Numbered from the stretch's first letter, positions 7,843-17,670 are shown. The stretch is DNA of 64,000 nucleotides from an uncultured Thermoleophilia bacterium (GCA_963767505.1 CAVYDV010000004.1:1623-65622); one strand, 5' to 3'. Notes: generated from the sequence alone by a model not told the origin. Numbers and translations are program-made.

Positions 7843-9105
7843 ATGTCAGAAGATGCGCTGCGCATCGAACTCACCATCGATGATCCTGAGGTGCTGGCTT
7901 GGCTGAGCGGGTTCGAAGAGGGAGATCGTCCCGCCAAGGCCGCCACCGCCCTGCGCATCGGCGTCCTCGCTCTGCGCCAGGCAAGCGGCTTCATCGACCG
8001 GCAGGCGATCAAGGACGAGGGCAAGCAGCTGATGAGTGACATCGAGCGCCACGTGACCGATGCCATGAACACGATGGTCGGTCCCGAGAGCAGCCTCATG
8101 AAGACGCTCGACCCGAAGCACGCTGACGGTCTGATAGCGCAGCTGCAGGAGGCCGTCGAGGGGGATCTGGCAGCGCAGGGCGGCAAGGTCCTCGCAGCGT
8201 TCAGTCTCGATGACGAGAGCTCGCCTCTCTCGCGCCTTGTGACCTACGTGAAGCGATCCCAAGACTCGGTGCGCAGCGAGTTCTCGCTCGATGTGGAGGG
8301 CTCGGCCCTCTCTCGTCTGCTGGCCCAGCTCAAGAGGGAGCTGACCGAGCACGAGAAGGTGAACGCCGAGTTCCGAGAGCAGGTGACCAGTGCTCTTCAG
8401 GAGATGGCGGTCCGCAAGCAGACCGAGGCACGGGGCACGCTGCACGGCCTCGAGTTCGAGGATGCGGTCGTCCGCTATCTCGAGAACCACGCAGCCGGCG
8501 TCGGCGACATCGCCGAGTCGACCGGCGCCACAACGGGCGTCATCAAGAACTGCAAGATCGGTGACTGCGTGCTCGAGCTGGGGCCCGACAACGCCTCCGG
8601 CGGCGAGAAGATCGTCTTCGAGGCGAAGGAGGACGCCAGCTACACCTTGTCGACGGCACTCGAGGAGATCGACAAGGGGCGGCGCAACCGTCAGGCACAG
8701 GTCGGCGTCTTCGTCTGGTCGGCGCGCTGCGCTCCCTCCGGCACAGAGCGGCTGCGACGCTACGGGCGGGACATCATCGTCGTCTGGGACAGTGAGGACT
8801 CATCAAGCGACGTGTGGCTGGATGCGGCCATCATGCTGGCCAAGGGCCTCGTGCTCGAGGGCAAGCGCTCATCAGTACCGAAGGCCGTCGTGGACTTCGA
8901 TGCCGTCGAGAAGGCCATCGAGGCCGTGGCCAAGCGAGCCGAGAGGGCCGATCAGGTGCGCACCTGGGGGCAGACGGTGGAGAACACCGGTCGCAACATC
9001 ATCAAGGAGATGGAGACGACCCAGAAGGACCTAGAGCGACAGGTCGAGGTGCTGCGCGATCACGTCGAAGACGCGAAGCACGCCCTCGCCAGTGGCGTGA
9101 ACTAG
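7843..9105 (+). CDS. Hypothetical coiled-coil protein with a PD-(D/E)xK-like (DUF2130/RmuC-like) core
   Basis: A GAGGGGG RBS precedes ATG 7843. The first half is predicted helical. A candidate nuclease core reads GLEFEDAV...KIGDCVLEL...KIVFEAKED...VGVFVW. Confidence 0.6.
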   Translation: MSEDALRIELTIDDPEVLAWLSGFEEGDRPAKAATALRIGVLALRQASGFIDRQAIKDEGKQLMSDIERHVTDAMNTMVGPESSLMKTLDPKHADGLIAQLQEAVEGDLAAQGGKVLAAFSLDDESSPLSRLVTYVKRSQDSVRSEFSLDVEGSALSRLLAQLKRELTEHEKVNAEFREQVTSALQEMAVRKQTEARGTLHGLEFEDAVVRYLENHAAGVGDIAESTGATTGVIKNCKIGDCVLELGPDNASGGEKIVFEAKEDASYTLSTALEEIDKGRRNRQAQVGVFVWSARCAPSGTERLRRYGRDIIVVWDSEDSSSDVWLDAAIMLAKGLVLEGKRSSVPKAVVDFDAVEKAIEAVAKRAERADQVRTWGQTVENTGRNIIKEMETTQKDLERQVEVLRDHVEDAKHALASGVN

Positions 9106-9218
9106 AGCCCGCCTGCGCCCTCTTGTACGAGTGCCAGGCGCCGGCATTGCGTCGGCGCCACCGCTGTGTGCAGCACGAAATGGCCGGGAGCAGGTTGGTG
9201 TGACCAGTGGCGCGAGGA

Positions 9219-9527
9219 TCAGCCGCTACCGGCGTCCTGGATCTGGGCGACGGTCTCCTGGCTCGGCAGGCCGCTCGACAGCGTCACCACCACGACCGTC
9301 GGTCCGAACGACCTCGCCGCATCGAATGCGGCCCGCACGGCGGCGAAGACCGCGTCCTCCTCCCCTGGCGCGAAGGTGCTGAGGCGGCCGACCGTGACCT
9401 CCACACCCCCCTGGGCGGCGGCCTGCACGGCGGCCTCGATGGCGGGGTGCAGGTGCTCTTGGCGCAGGGGGTAGACGGAGAACTGCAGGCCGACCTGGGT
9501 CTCGCTTCCCGACTCGTGCGCGCTCAC
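9219..9527 (-). CDS. YkoF/MTH1187-like (thiamine-binding fold) protein
   Basis: VGLQFSVYPLRQE...VEVTVGRLSTFAPGEEDAVFAAVRAAF matches the YkoF-related pattern. The GTG start overlaps the upstream stop (GTGA). Confidence 0.55.
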   Translation of the reverse strand: MSAHESGSETQVGLQFSVYPLRQEHLHPAIEAAVQAAAQGGVEVTVGRLSTFAPGEEDAVFAAVRAAFDAARSFGPTVVVVTLSSGLPSQETVAQIQDAGSG

Positions 9528-9712
9528 GGTTCGGCTCGCTCGATGGTCGCCGTGACCGTCTCCGGATCGCCGAGGCGATGCAGAGCCCACTTCTGCAGGT
9601 AGAGCGTACCGATGACGATTGGCTGGTCGCTCTCCGGCTCCTCGTAGCGCACCGTGTTCTTGGTCTCCTTGGCGCGGCGCAAGGTCATCCGCAGGGGTTC
9701 CATCTCGTTCAT
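9524..9712 (-). CDS. Small hypothetical protein (62 aa)
   Basis: A GAGAGAGAGG RBS precedes ATG 9712. The gene is coupled to the downstream gene by a 4-nt overlap. Confidence 0.45.
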   Translation of the reverse strand: MNEMEPLRMTLRRAKETKNTVRYEEPESDQPIVIGTLYLQKWALHRLGDPETVTATIERAEP

Positions 9713-9752
9713 CCTCTCTCTCGGTCGTGGCGGCCAGCGCCCGGAGCGCTGA

Positions 9753-10385
9753 TCAGGAGCTCCCCTCGGCGGCGAAGGTCTTGCCGAGCGAGAAGGCGCG
9801 GCCGACCAGGGCGCCGAGGACGAAGTACGCACGGGTTTCGGGTGCGAAGGCGAGCGGATCGAGCTTGCCCACGTCGATGTGCCCATCCTCATCGAGGCAG
9901 GCCTCGTCGATCTTGACGTCCTTGACCTCGCCGATGAACTGAGTGTGCAGGCCGAGTTCGTTCACCGCTACGACTGCGCACTCGAGGACGAGCGGGAACT
10001 CCGCCACGTAGGGTGCATCGACGAGCTCGGAGCCCACCGGCGTGAGTCCCGTCACGGCGAACTTGTCCGCCTTGTGCCCTGAGACCAGACCGAAGTAGTC
10101 GGCGGCGGCGGCTTGCTCGCCGCTCGGCAGGCTGATCGTGAAGGCTTTGCGCGCGATGAGGTTGCCGTGCGTCGCGGTCGCGGCCCGCAAGGACACTGAG
10201 ACGCAGGGCGGCTTCGAGCAGGCGATACCGCCCCAGGCCGCCGTCATCACGTTGGGCCGTCCGTCCGCGTGATAGCTGCCGACGACGAGCACCGGGGTCG
10301 GGTAGAGCAGGGTCTTGGCGCCAAGCGACTGCTTCACGTCGGCTCCTCTCTGCGGATCCTCATTCTGATGGCGAACGCCTGCCAT
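9753..10385 (-). CDS. Flavin reductase family protein (FMN-binding split barrel)
   Basis: LLYPTPVLVVGSY...GRPNVMTAAWGG...FTISLP matches flavin reductase-like domain motifs. Confidence 0.85.
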   Translation of the reverse strand: MAGVRHQNEDPQRGADVKQSLGAKTLLYPTPVLVVGSYHADGRPNVMTAAWGGIACSKPPCVSVSLRAATATHGNLIARKAFTISLPSGEQAAAADYFGLVSGHKADKFAVTGLTPVGSELVDAPYVAEFPLVLECAVVAVNELGLHTQFIGEVKDVKIDEACLDEDGHIDVGKLDPLAFAPETRAYFVLGALVGRAFSLGKTFAAEGSS

Positions 10386-10803
10386 ACTCCGGCGTCAACC
10401 ACAGCGGGTCAACTCCACCTCCACGGTGCCGACTGCCCCGGCCTGAGTACGAAGGGCGCGCCGCGCTACTCAACCTCTCCTGAGTGGTCGGCTTGACGTC
10501 GGCACAGTGGGAGGATGTGCCGCACTGGGCGCCTGTTCGCGCGGGACACATGTCGTGCAGTCATGTGCGATGTGTGCCGTCGCGTTCCTGCCCCCATCGG
10601 CGCGGGCTGGGACGTGATCGGGTGCGTGAAGGGCTTCATCGTTCACCGGCCTCTTCTGAGAGTGACCGTCGCCGGCTTCTCATGGCCCCTGGCAGCCCGC
10701 CCATGCCCCCAATACCCTCTTCCACGGCGACAACCTTGCAGACGTTCAAGAAGGCGCAGCGGCGGCAGAAGAAGCACGAACAGGCGACGCTGGGGCTCGA
10801 CGA

Positions 10804-11064
10804 CTAGCCGGTGGTCGCCCCTCTTCGGCGCTGCTCGAAGACGGCCGCGCGGCAACGGTCGCTGCAGTACACGCGCTTGGGGCTGGTGGCCAGGAAGAGC
10901 ACTCCACACTTCTCGCAGGCGCAGCGGCGCGCAAAGACTGGTTTCGGTCCCGCTGGTCGCGTCGTCTTGGTGCGACTGTGATCGTGAAGAGAACAGTAGG
11001 CGGACGGGTTGTAGACCGAGAGCCGCGCCTCGCAGTCGTGGGCGGCACAGATGCGACTGCACTC
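10804..11064 (-). pseudogene. Zn-ribbon protein remnant downstream of an in-frame TAG
   Basis: The frame reads CAAHDCEARLSVYNPSAYCSLH...CACEKCGVLFLATSPKRVYCSDRCRAAVFEQRRR, but it has no canonical start after the TAG at 11065-11067. Confidence 0.3.
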
Positions 11065-11147
11065 CTACGTGACGGGCCTGACGCAGAACCGCCCAGATTC
11101 CGCGACCGCGAGGGTGCGCATCGCGTCCGAGTTCGCCCCACGCTGTC

Positions 11148-11558
11148 TCATGACACCCCCCCGGCTGTTGGCGGCTCGGTCTCCGGTCGTCCCGCCGCCT
11201 CGCGCGCTCGGCAGAACGGACAGGTGCAGCCCTCGCGGTGGTGCCAGCCCCACTCAGGCGCAACCTCAGGCTTCAGGGCCGACCACTTGCCATCTTCGGT
11301 GATACAGAAGTGGATGCCGTCGAAGCAGTGCTCGTATTCGCCGTCACAAGCCCACGCCCGACGTTCAGTGGCCTCGACCTCATCTCGCGCATATGGTCCA
11401 GTGACCTCACCCCTGACGCACCCCCTCCTACTTCGTTCGTATTCGCGGCTGCGAAAGCCAAGCAGGGTGAGACGGGGTGCGCACGCTGCCTCTGGGGGGG
11501 CTGCTTCCGGCTTGAGAGAGCTCCTCGCGTCGCACCCACGTCTGCGGCTCGCGCACAC
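11148..11558 (-). CDS. Hypothetical Cys/His-rich protein
   Basis: The C-terminal 85 aa (ACDGEYEHCFDGIHFCITEDGKWS...HHREGCTCPFCRA) have coding-like third-position GC. The start is unclear. Confidence 0.3.
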   Translation of the reverse strand: MCASRRRGCDARSSLKPEAAPPEAACAPRLTLLGFRSREYERSRRGCVRGEVTGPYARDEVEATERRAWACDGEYEHCFDGIHFCITEDGKWSALKPEVAPEWGWHHREGCTCPFCRAREAAGRPETEPPTAGGVS

Positions 11559-12411
11559 TGGGCGGCGACCTGGAAGCTCTCGGCATCAAGCACGGCACCG
11601 GCGGCGCCACCCTTTGGAAGAGCGTCTACCGCGATCCGGTGCACGATCCTAGCGAAGCCGACGTCGGCCGCGAACACTGCGTTGACGTCGCCGTCGCTGG
11701 CGAGAACGCCCACGCCGTTGGCAGCCAGATGGTGGATCGCGGCGGCGTCTTCTACTCCGAGCTCCCAACGCTGGCGATCTGGCTCTGAGTACCGAGCCCA
11801 TCCCGGAACGCACAACGCCCAGTCCGTCCAGAGCCGTTGACGCCGATGCCTACCGGTGCCGCGAGGTATCTGCTTGTTGGCATACCGACCCGAACCGGTG
11901 GAACGTCAGTCACGAAGCTCGGGTCTTTCATGACGCCTCTTCTCGAGGCGTCGCCTATCGCATGCCCGAAGGCGCACCGCGGAAACCGTGCCTCGCTGGT
12001 CAAGTGGCGAGGCCGGCCGCTCGACAGCTGACGTGTTTCCCAACTCCTGAAGCGGGCAGATCATGAACGTTGCTCTCGCGATCCCGAGGGGTCATCAGGG
12101 AGGTGCCCATGCCGAGAATAGCCACGCTGACCATGGGAAGGAGCCGACGAATGGCGTCGAGGTCACATGACGAGTCTGGAGAGTGGCTGCGGGCGGGTCC
12201 GGTGCCGTAGCGCGTCTTGCTGATGGTGTGCAAACCCGGGCCGCAGGCGTCGCATCTCAACCAGCCGGACCGCGTGGTGTCCTCGAAGTCGGAGTTCCAG
12301 GCGATGACTAGCGGGGAGCTTGTAGATGGTCCTGCGTTTGGGCTACGCATCATCCGCTGACAGCTGTGCCACTGTGCGCTGCAGGTTCACGGCTCTCAAC
12401 GACGACAGCGC

Positions 12412-12768
12412 ATGAAGCTCTCGCGGCGACCACGGAAGATGCTCCACCTCGTCTTGACAGCGCTGGCGTTGTTGGCCGCCGTTGTTGTCGGTGGGCTGAT
12501 CACCGGAGTCTACCGCTGGAGCTCGGAGACCCAGCAGCTGAGGGCACGATTGGACGAGGCCCGCGAGACCGCCCGCGCCGAGGCGCGCGGACGCCTGGTT
12601 GCCGGTGAGGCTTTCCCAACGCCCTGGGAAGGTCGCTTGTGGGGCTACGGCGGGCGCGATGGCATGCAGGTGCCGCTCGATGGTGAGGTGGCGTGGCTTC
12701 TGCCGGGCGGTGACAAGCCCTACTGGCGTGGCCACATCACCGAGATCGCCTACGAGTACGCGCAGTAG
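12412..12768 (+). CDS. Membrane-anchored hypothetical protein
   Basis: An N-terminal transmembrane (TM) helix (LVLTALALLAAVVVGGLI) is followed by a soluble domain. Confidence 0.5.
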   Translation: MKLSRRPRKMLHLVLTALALLAAVVVGGLITGVYRWSSETQQLRARLDEARETARAEARGRLVAGEAFPTPWEGRLWGYGGRDGMQVPLDGEVAWLLPGGDKPYWRGHITEIAYEYAQ

Positions 12769-12830
12769 TCGAGGCGAGATCGGGCTAGTCGCTGCCCGAC
12801 GTCCCGGCTCGGTGCCAGCAGCTGTGTGCG

Positions 12831-12990
12831 TCAGAACCGATCCGGCTCACCTCCGGCGAGAGGGACGTTCTTCATCGCCGCGTGGAGCTCCTCAAAACGC
12901 TCGAACAGCGGCCGATGCCCGGAGCCCTCAAGGATGACCACCTTCTTGCTGGGTGCCTGCAACTCGGCGAACCGCTCCCTGAAACACGCA
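12831..12990 (-). pseudogene. Alpha/beta-hydrolase C-terminal fragment
   Basis: KKVVILEGSGHRPLFERFEELHAAM is the typical catalytic-His region at the C-terminal end. No N-terminal nucleophile region is present. Confidence 0.35.
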
Positions 12991-13207
12991 CGCTGTCCGT
13001 GCGACCACCTACCCCTACGCAGGCGAGACAGCGGTGCCGCTGTCGTCGCCCCGTCAGCGCGAACCCTGCTTGAGGAAGCGCCGAGGGGGAACACTGATAG
13101 CGAAACGCAGGCATGGCCGGGATGATGCTTGGGCGGTGAGGGTTGGTGGCCTGAGTTCCCGAGGCCGCGTTTCGCGCTACAGGGGAGCGCCGCGACCATC
13201 GTCGTTG

Positions 13208-14095
13208 ATGGCGCCGAACGACGGTCCCATGGTGGGCTGCATCGCCCCAGACGCTGAGACGACGGGTCCAGGAGGAGGTCGATCGCTGAAGCTTCTGATC
13301 GCAGTTAGCGACCTTCGCACTGACAGCCAGCTCATCGCGTCGGCTCGCGGCTTGGCGGAGGCGGCCGGCTGGGAGGTGCTGGTCGCCCATGTGCAGGAGG
13401 CCGAGTCGGACGCGGAGGCCCGTCTTCCGCAGGACGCGGACCTCATCGTGCTGACCGGCGAGGCTTCCGGGGAGTTGGTCAGGCTGCTCGCGCAGGTCGA
13501 CGTGGACTGCGTGGCGATCGGCCTGCGCACGGTCGATGCCCCGGGTCTCGGTCACGTCGCTCAGGCGCTGCTCGCGGAGTTCTCGCTGCCACTCTTCCTG
13601 GTGAGGCCGGGCATGCGCCCGCTCACCGGCCTACGGCGCCTACTCGTCCCGCTCGAAGGCACGCCGTCGACCTCGGCCGCGATGCGCTTCGCCGATGAGA
13701 CGCTCGGTGTGCATGCGGGTGAGATCGTCGTGCTCAACGTGGCCACGGGCAAGGTAGATGTCGAGGCCGGCAGCATGAGCGCGCCGTGCTACATCGATCA
13801 GGAGCAGTACGAGTGGACGAACTGGCAGAAGGAGTTCATCCGGCGCTTCTGCCCGTGTCCGGAGAGCTGCCGCCACCTCGTCCGCGTGCGCAGCGGAGAG
13901 CCGGCCAAGATCATCGCCAAGGAAGCCCGTTCGCGTGAGGTAGAGCTTGTCGTGCTCTCTTGGGAGGGTAGCTTCGCCGAGGGACATGGTGGCGTCGTTC
14001 GTACCCTGCTCGAGACGGCGCCTTGCCCGCTCCTGATCGTACCTGCGGGCGGGCTGGACGGGCCGCTCTCGCCGGCAAGACCGAGCGCGTTCTGA
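13208..14095 (+). CDS. Tandem universal stress protein (two Usp domains)
   Basis: There are two Usp-like halves (LKLLIAVSD...LFLVRP and LLVPLEGT...CPLLIVP). The start is taken at the internal ATG 13208. Confidence 0.7.
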   Translation: MAPNDGPMVGCIAPDAETTGPGGGRSLKLLIAVSDLRTDSQLIASARGLAEAAGWEVLVAHVQEAESDAEARLPQDADLIVLTGEASGELVRLLAQVDVDCVAIGLRTVDAPGLGHVAQALLAEFSLPLFLVRPGMRPLTGLRRLLVPLEGTPSTSAAMRFADETLGVHAGEIVVLNVATGKVDVEAGSMSAPCYIDQEQYEWTNWQKEFIRRFCPCPESCRHLVRVRSGEPAKIIAKEARSREVELVVLSWEGSFAEGHGGVVRTLLETAPCPLLIVPAGGLDGPLSPARPSAF

Positions 14096-14679
14096 AGCGC
14101 GACATCAACGATCCGCTCGTTGCGCCACTCGAGCCCTGTCGTTGCCGCCATCGGGAGGGCGCGGGTGAAGCGCAATTGTCCGGGCGCCGCACCATCGTCA
14201 GAGAGATGAGTGGCGAGGCATATCCCGGCTGGCAACTCTATCGGGGCAGAATCTGCCTGCATGGGCACGACGAGCACCGGCATCTCCGCGTTCTTCACGA
14301 CTCTCTCGCCGATGCAGCCGCCAACGAGACCCGTCAGCCGGCCGAGCCCCCGCGAGCCGATGACCATGAGCTCCGCGTTCACCTCCGCGGGGCATCGCAG
14401 CATCTCCACTGCAACGTTTCCGCGGCGGACCAGGAACTGTGTCGGGACTGTTGCCTTGCCGCCGTAAGTTCGTTCGAGGAGGTCCCTGGTCTGTTTCTCC
14501 TCGTCGGCCCTCTGCGATTCTGGCAGGGTGTGTGCCGCCTCGTTGGCGTCGCCGGGTATCACGTGCAGGACGCAGAGATGGGCGCCCGTCGCCGATGCTA
14601 GGTACTGCGCTTCCTCGAAGGCGTGATCGGCGTTCTTCGAGAAGTCCGTGCAGAAGAGGATTGTCTTGAACTCCCGCAT
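13798..14679 (-). CDS. Universal stress protein; C-terminal 150 aa doubtful
   Basis: The first 145 aa or so form a clean UspA domain (ILFCTDFS...GSRGLGRLTGLVGGCIGERVVKNAEMPVLVV). The ORF then runs 298 bp into the convergent gene without recognisable features. Confidence 0.7.
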   Translation of the reverse strand: MREFKTILFCTDFSKNADHAFEEAQYLASATGAHLCVLHVIPGDANEAAHTLPESQRADEEKQTRDLLERTYGGKATVPTQFLVRRGNVAVEMLRCPAEVNAELMVIGSRGLGRLTGLVGGCIGERVVKNAEMPVLVVPMQADSAPIELPAGICLATHLSDDGAAPGQLRFTRALPMAATTGLEWRNERIVDVALQNALGLAGESGPSSPPAGTIRSGQGAVSSRVRTTPPCPSAKLPSQESTTSSTSRERASLAMILAGSPLRTRTRWRQLSGHGQKRRMNSFCQFVHSYCS

Positions 14680-14786
14680 AGCTGTCCTCCTTCATCGCGG
14701 AGAAGCCTCCCCTGTATGGGAGACGCTCGGGGGGTTCCTTCGCAGGCTGGGGCGCATGGAGCCTCGCCCGCGCCGCCACCGAGGCG

Positions 14787-15209
14787 TCAGTCCGGTACGA
14801 CAAGGACCGGGACGTGCGAGTTCCTGACCACCTTGTCGGCGACGCTGCCGCCGAGGAGGCCTGTCACCCTGCCCACGCCGCGCGCGCCGATGACGACCAG
14901 GTCGGCGTTCTGTTCCTTCACGAACTCGATGATCCTCTTGGCGGGAGATCCGTAGCGGACGACGACCTCGGCGTCGACTCCGGCTTCGGTGGTGTACCGC
15001 GCCTCGGCTCTGCGGACGATGCTCTCCTCGTCCGGCAGTAGTGAGGGGTCCGGCTCACCGAAGGCGACGAGCTCGCTCCCGGCGGGGACCACGTTGAGGA
15101 CGAACAGATGGGCGCCCCATTTCTCCGCCATGTCCCTGGCTGCCTCGAAGGCCTTGTCGGCCTCGGCGGAGAAGTCCGTGCAGTATGCGATCCTATCGAT
15201 TTCCGGCAT
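14787..15209 (-). CDS. Universal stress protein UspA family
   Basis: The Usp domain is recognisable (IAYCTDFS...IGARGVGRVTGLLGGSVADKVVRNSHVPVLVVP). The start is at the internal Met. Confidence 0.85.
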   Translation of the reverse strand: MPEIDRIAYCTDFSAEADKAFEAARDMAEKWGAHLFVLNVVPAGSELVAFGEPDPSLLPDEESIVRRAEARYTTEAGVDAEVVVRYGSPAKRIIEFVKEQNADLVVIGARGVGRVTGLLGGSVADKVVRNSHVPVLVVPD

Positions 15210-15299
15210 GATGTCACCTTGTCGTGGACTTCGTCTCAAGCGAGACGGATTTCCACGTCCTTCTCACCTCTACTATGCCCATCAGGGCGCGTCGCCAAG

Positions 15300-15436
15300 C
15301 GCCTGCGGGGCGCCGAGAGCGAAGGGATGGCTGGGTCTCGCGAGACGACGGTGATCTCCTCTGACTGCCCGAGCTCGAGCTCGAAGGCCGCGTTGATGCC
15401 TGCGAAGCTGCCACCTAGAACGACGATGGACGTCAT
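15300..15436 (-). pseudogene. Duplicated 5' end of the SQR-like gene (first 35-45 codons only)
   Basis: MTSIVVLGGSFAGINAAFELELGQSEEITVVSRDP matches the N-terminus of the 30717-31919 product. About 70 bp of upstream leader is also duplicated (15437-15505 versus 31920-31995). Confidence 0.7.
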
Positions 15437-15770
15437 GGTCCACTCCTGCACAGACTGGTGCACCGTGCTCGTTCGCGGCTCGCTTCTTTCGCGGTCAGAT
15501 GCGCGACGAGAACGATGCACTCAGAGCAGCACGAGGGGCGCCTTGGTCTGTGCAGCGGCCGGGCGTACACTTCCCGTGGCCTGCTGCGCCGTCCACGCGT
15601 CTTCTGCGTCTGGGCAGCGGGGATGCGGTGGTCGAGCACATGCGACCTTGCTGGCGCAGTGGTCTGCTCGTGACGGCGTCGGCCTTGGGTGTCCGGGTTC
15701 CAGCCAAGGCGGACCCGCGACCCAGTGTCTCGAGGCGGCCCTGCCTTCGCGCGCTTGTAGAGAAACGGGG

Positions 15771-16517
15771 ATGCGCCCGATGCTCCCATGGATACTCGGA
15801 TTCAGCTTGCTCGGCAGTCTCGGTGCTGTCTGCGGTGCCGCCCTGCTGCTGGCCTTTCCGGAGGGCGTCCGCAAGGTCCTCGTGCCTCTCCTGATCAGCT
15901 ACGCGACCGGCACGCTGCTCGGTGCGGCGTTCCTCGGCATGATGCCCGCCGCTCTGGAGCAGGCGCCGGCGGTCTCGGTCACGGCGACGGTGATGGCCGG
16001 CATGGTGCTCTTCTTCGTGCTCGAGAAGCTCGTGCTCTGGCGCCACTGTCACGATAGCGAGTGCGAGGTTCATGGTTCCGCCGCTCCCCTCATCCTGTTC
16101 GGTGATGCCTTCCACAACTTCGTGGACGGCGTCGTGATCGCCGCCGCCTTCCTCGCCTCGATGCCGTTGGGGGTGGCCACGGCGCTGGCCGTGATCGCGC
16201 ATGAGGTGCCGCAGGAGGTCGGCGACTTCGCCATCCTGCTCGACAGCGGGTACGGGCGCAGGAGAGCGCTCGTCCTCAACTGGCTGTCGGCGGTTCCCAC
16301 GCTCCCCGGTGCCGTCGCGGGGTACTTCTGGCTCGCCGACGCGCATGGGGCTGTGCCCTACATCCTGGCGCTCTCCGCCGCGAGCTTCATCTATATCGCT
16401 GCGGCCGACCTCATCCCGGGACTGCATCGACAGGTGAGCCTCGCTGCCTCCCTGCGTCAGCTGGTGCTGCTGTTGGCGGGGATCGGCACGATCGCGCTGC
16501 TGCGTGTTGGGAGCTAG
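15771..16517 (+). CDS. ZIP family metal (Zn/Fe) transporter
   Basis: The product is multi-TM, with a HNFVDG...AVIAHEVPQEVGDFAIL signature. Only the last 248 aa of ORF 15108-16517 look coding. Confidence 0.85.
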   Translation: MRPMLPWILGFSLLGSLGAVCGAALLLAFPEGVRKVLVPLLISYATGTLLGAAFLGMMPAALEQAPAVSVTATVMAGMVLFFVLEKLVLWRHCHDSECEVHGSAAPLILFGDAFHNFVDGVVIAAAFLASMPLGVATALAVIAHEVPQEVGDFAILLDSGYGRRRALVLNWLSAVPTLPGAVAGYFWLADAHGAVPYILALSAASFIYIAAADLIPGLHRQVSLAASLRQLVLLLAGIGTIALLRVGS

Positions 16518-16764
16518 CTCGCTGTCGCTGCTGCGACGGAGGCGTCGAAGCGGTCGACGCGACCGCGCGGAGGTGTACCGCGGTTTTGGCGTGCACCTCC
16601 TGGCTCTTCGACCTCAAGGCGGGGCCATGCGCAGACATCCTTCGGGGCATGTCTAGAGCCAGGAGTTGACCAACGCGCAACCTCGACTGCATGGGCTCTG
16701 CCGTGAGGGTGAGACAGTGCTGAAGCGTAGATCCTCAACGCCCGCGGGGAACCAAGGAGGCACC

Positions 16765-17670
16765 ATGACAACGGTCGAGACGATCCAGCGGGAACGCGGC
16801 ATCGTCGGCCGCGGGAGGGAACTGCGCAGAGCGCTGGCCGTGCTCAACTCCGGCCACCACCTCCTGCTCGAAGGTCCTGTGGGCGTCGGCAAGACCCGGG
16901 TGGCGCTCGCCATCTGTGCCCATCTCGAGCGCGGTGTCGAGCGTGTCGACGGCGACGACCGCTACTCGGAGAGCAAGCTCACGGGCTGGTTCGATCCGCC
17001 GATCGTCCTCAATCAGGGCTATCGCGAGGAGTCGTTCTTCCCGGGCCCTCTGGTCAAGGCGATGCGCGACGGGAGCATCCTCTTCATCAACGAACTCAAC
17101 CGCATGCCCGAGACTGTGCAGAACGTCCTCCTGCCGGCACTGGACGAACGCATCCTGCAGATCCCCCACATCGGCCAGGTCCGGGCAGCCGACGGGTTTC
17201 AGGTGGTCGCTACCCAGAACCCGGTGGAGTACATCGCCACCGGGCATCTTTCCGAAGCCCTGCGCGACCGCTTCGAGCATCTTGCGCTCGACTACCAGTC
17301 GGCGACCGAGGAAGAGGCGATCGTGACTGCCGAGACCGGCTGCGAGGACATCGCTCTGATCCGCACCGCCGTGCGGCTGGCGCGGGCGACGCGCCTGCAT
17401 CCGCTCTTTCGCCGCGGGGCCTCGGTGCGCGCGGCGATGTCGACAGCGAGCATCGCTGAGGAGCTGCGCAGGGCGGACGGTCTGCCTCCCGGCGAGATCG
17501 ACCGTGCGACTCTCTACTGTGCCGCGCAGGCGGGCTTCACGACCCGCGTGCATGTGCGCGACGAGACTGAGGGCGACTTCCACACGGCCTTCGACGAGGT
17601 CTTCGAGCTCGTCGTGGATCGCGGCCTCGATCCCGACGAGGTACTCGCGCCGGTCTCCCCAAAAGTCTAG
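16765..17670 (+). CDS. MoxR-like AAA+ ATPase
   Basis: A perfect AAGGAGG RBS is present. Motifs: Walker A GPVGVGKT, Walker B ILFINELNR, and VVATQNP...LSEALRDRF. Confidence 0.9.
   Translation: MTTVETIQRERGIVGRGRELRRALAVLNSGHHLLLEGPVGVGKTRVALAICAHLERGVERVDGDDRYSESKLTGWFDPPIVLNQGYREESFFPGPLVKAMRDGSILFINELNRMPETVQNVLLPALDERILQIPHIGQVRAADGFQVVATQNPVEYIATGHLSEALRDRFEHLALDYQSATEEEAIVTAETGCEDIALIRTAVRLARATRLHPLFRRGASVRAAMSTASIAEELRRADGLPPGEIDRATLYCAAQAGFTTRVHVRDETEGDFHTAFDEVFELVVDRGLDPDEVLAPVSPKV

Noticed and set aside
11273-12353. ORFs 11273-11815 (-), 11752-12003 (-) and 12000-12353 (-), considered as genes.
   Set aside because: No domain signature or convincing start was found, and the frames partly overlap. 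They may be fragments of one decayed gene, but I cannot support a call.
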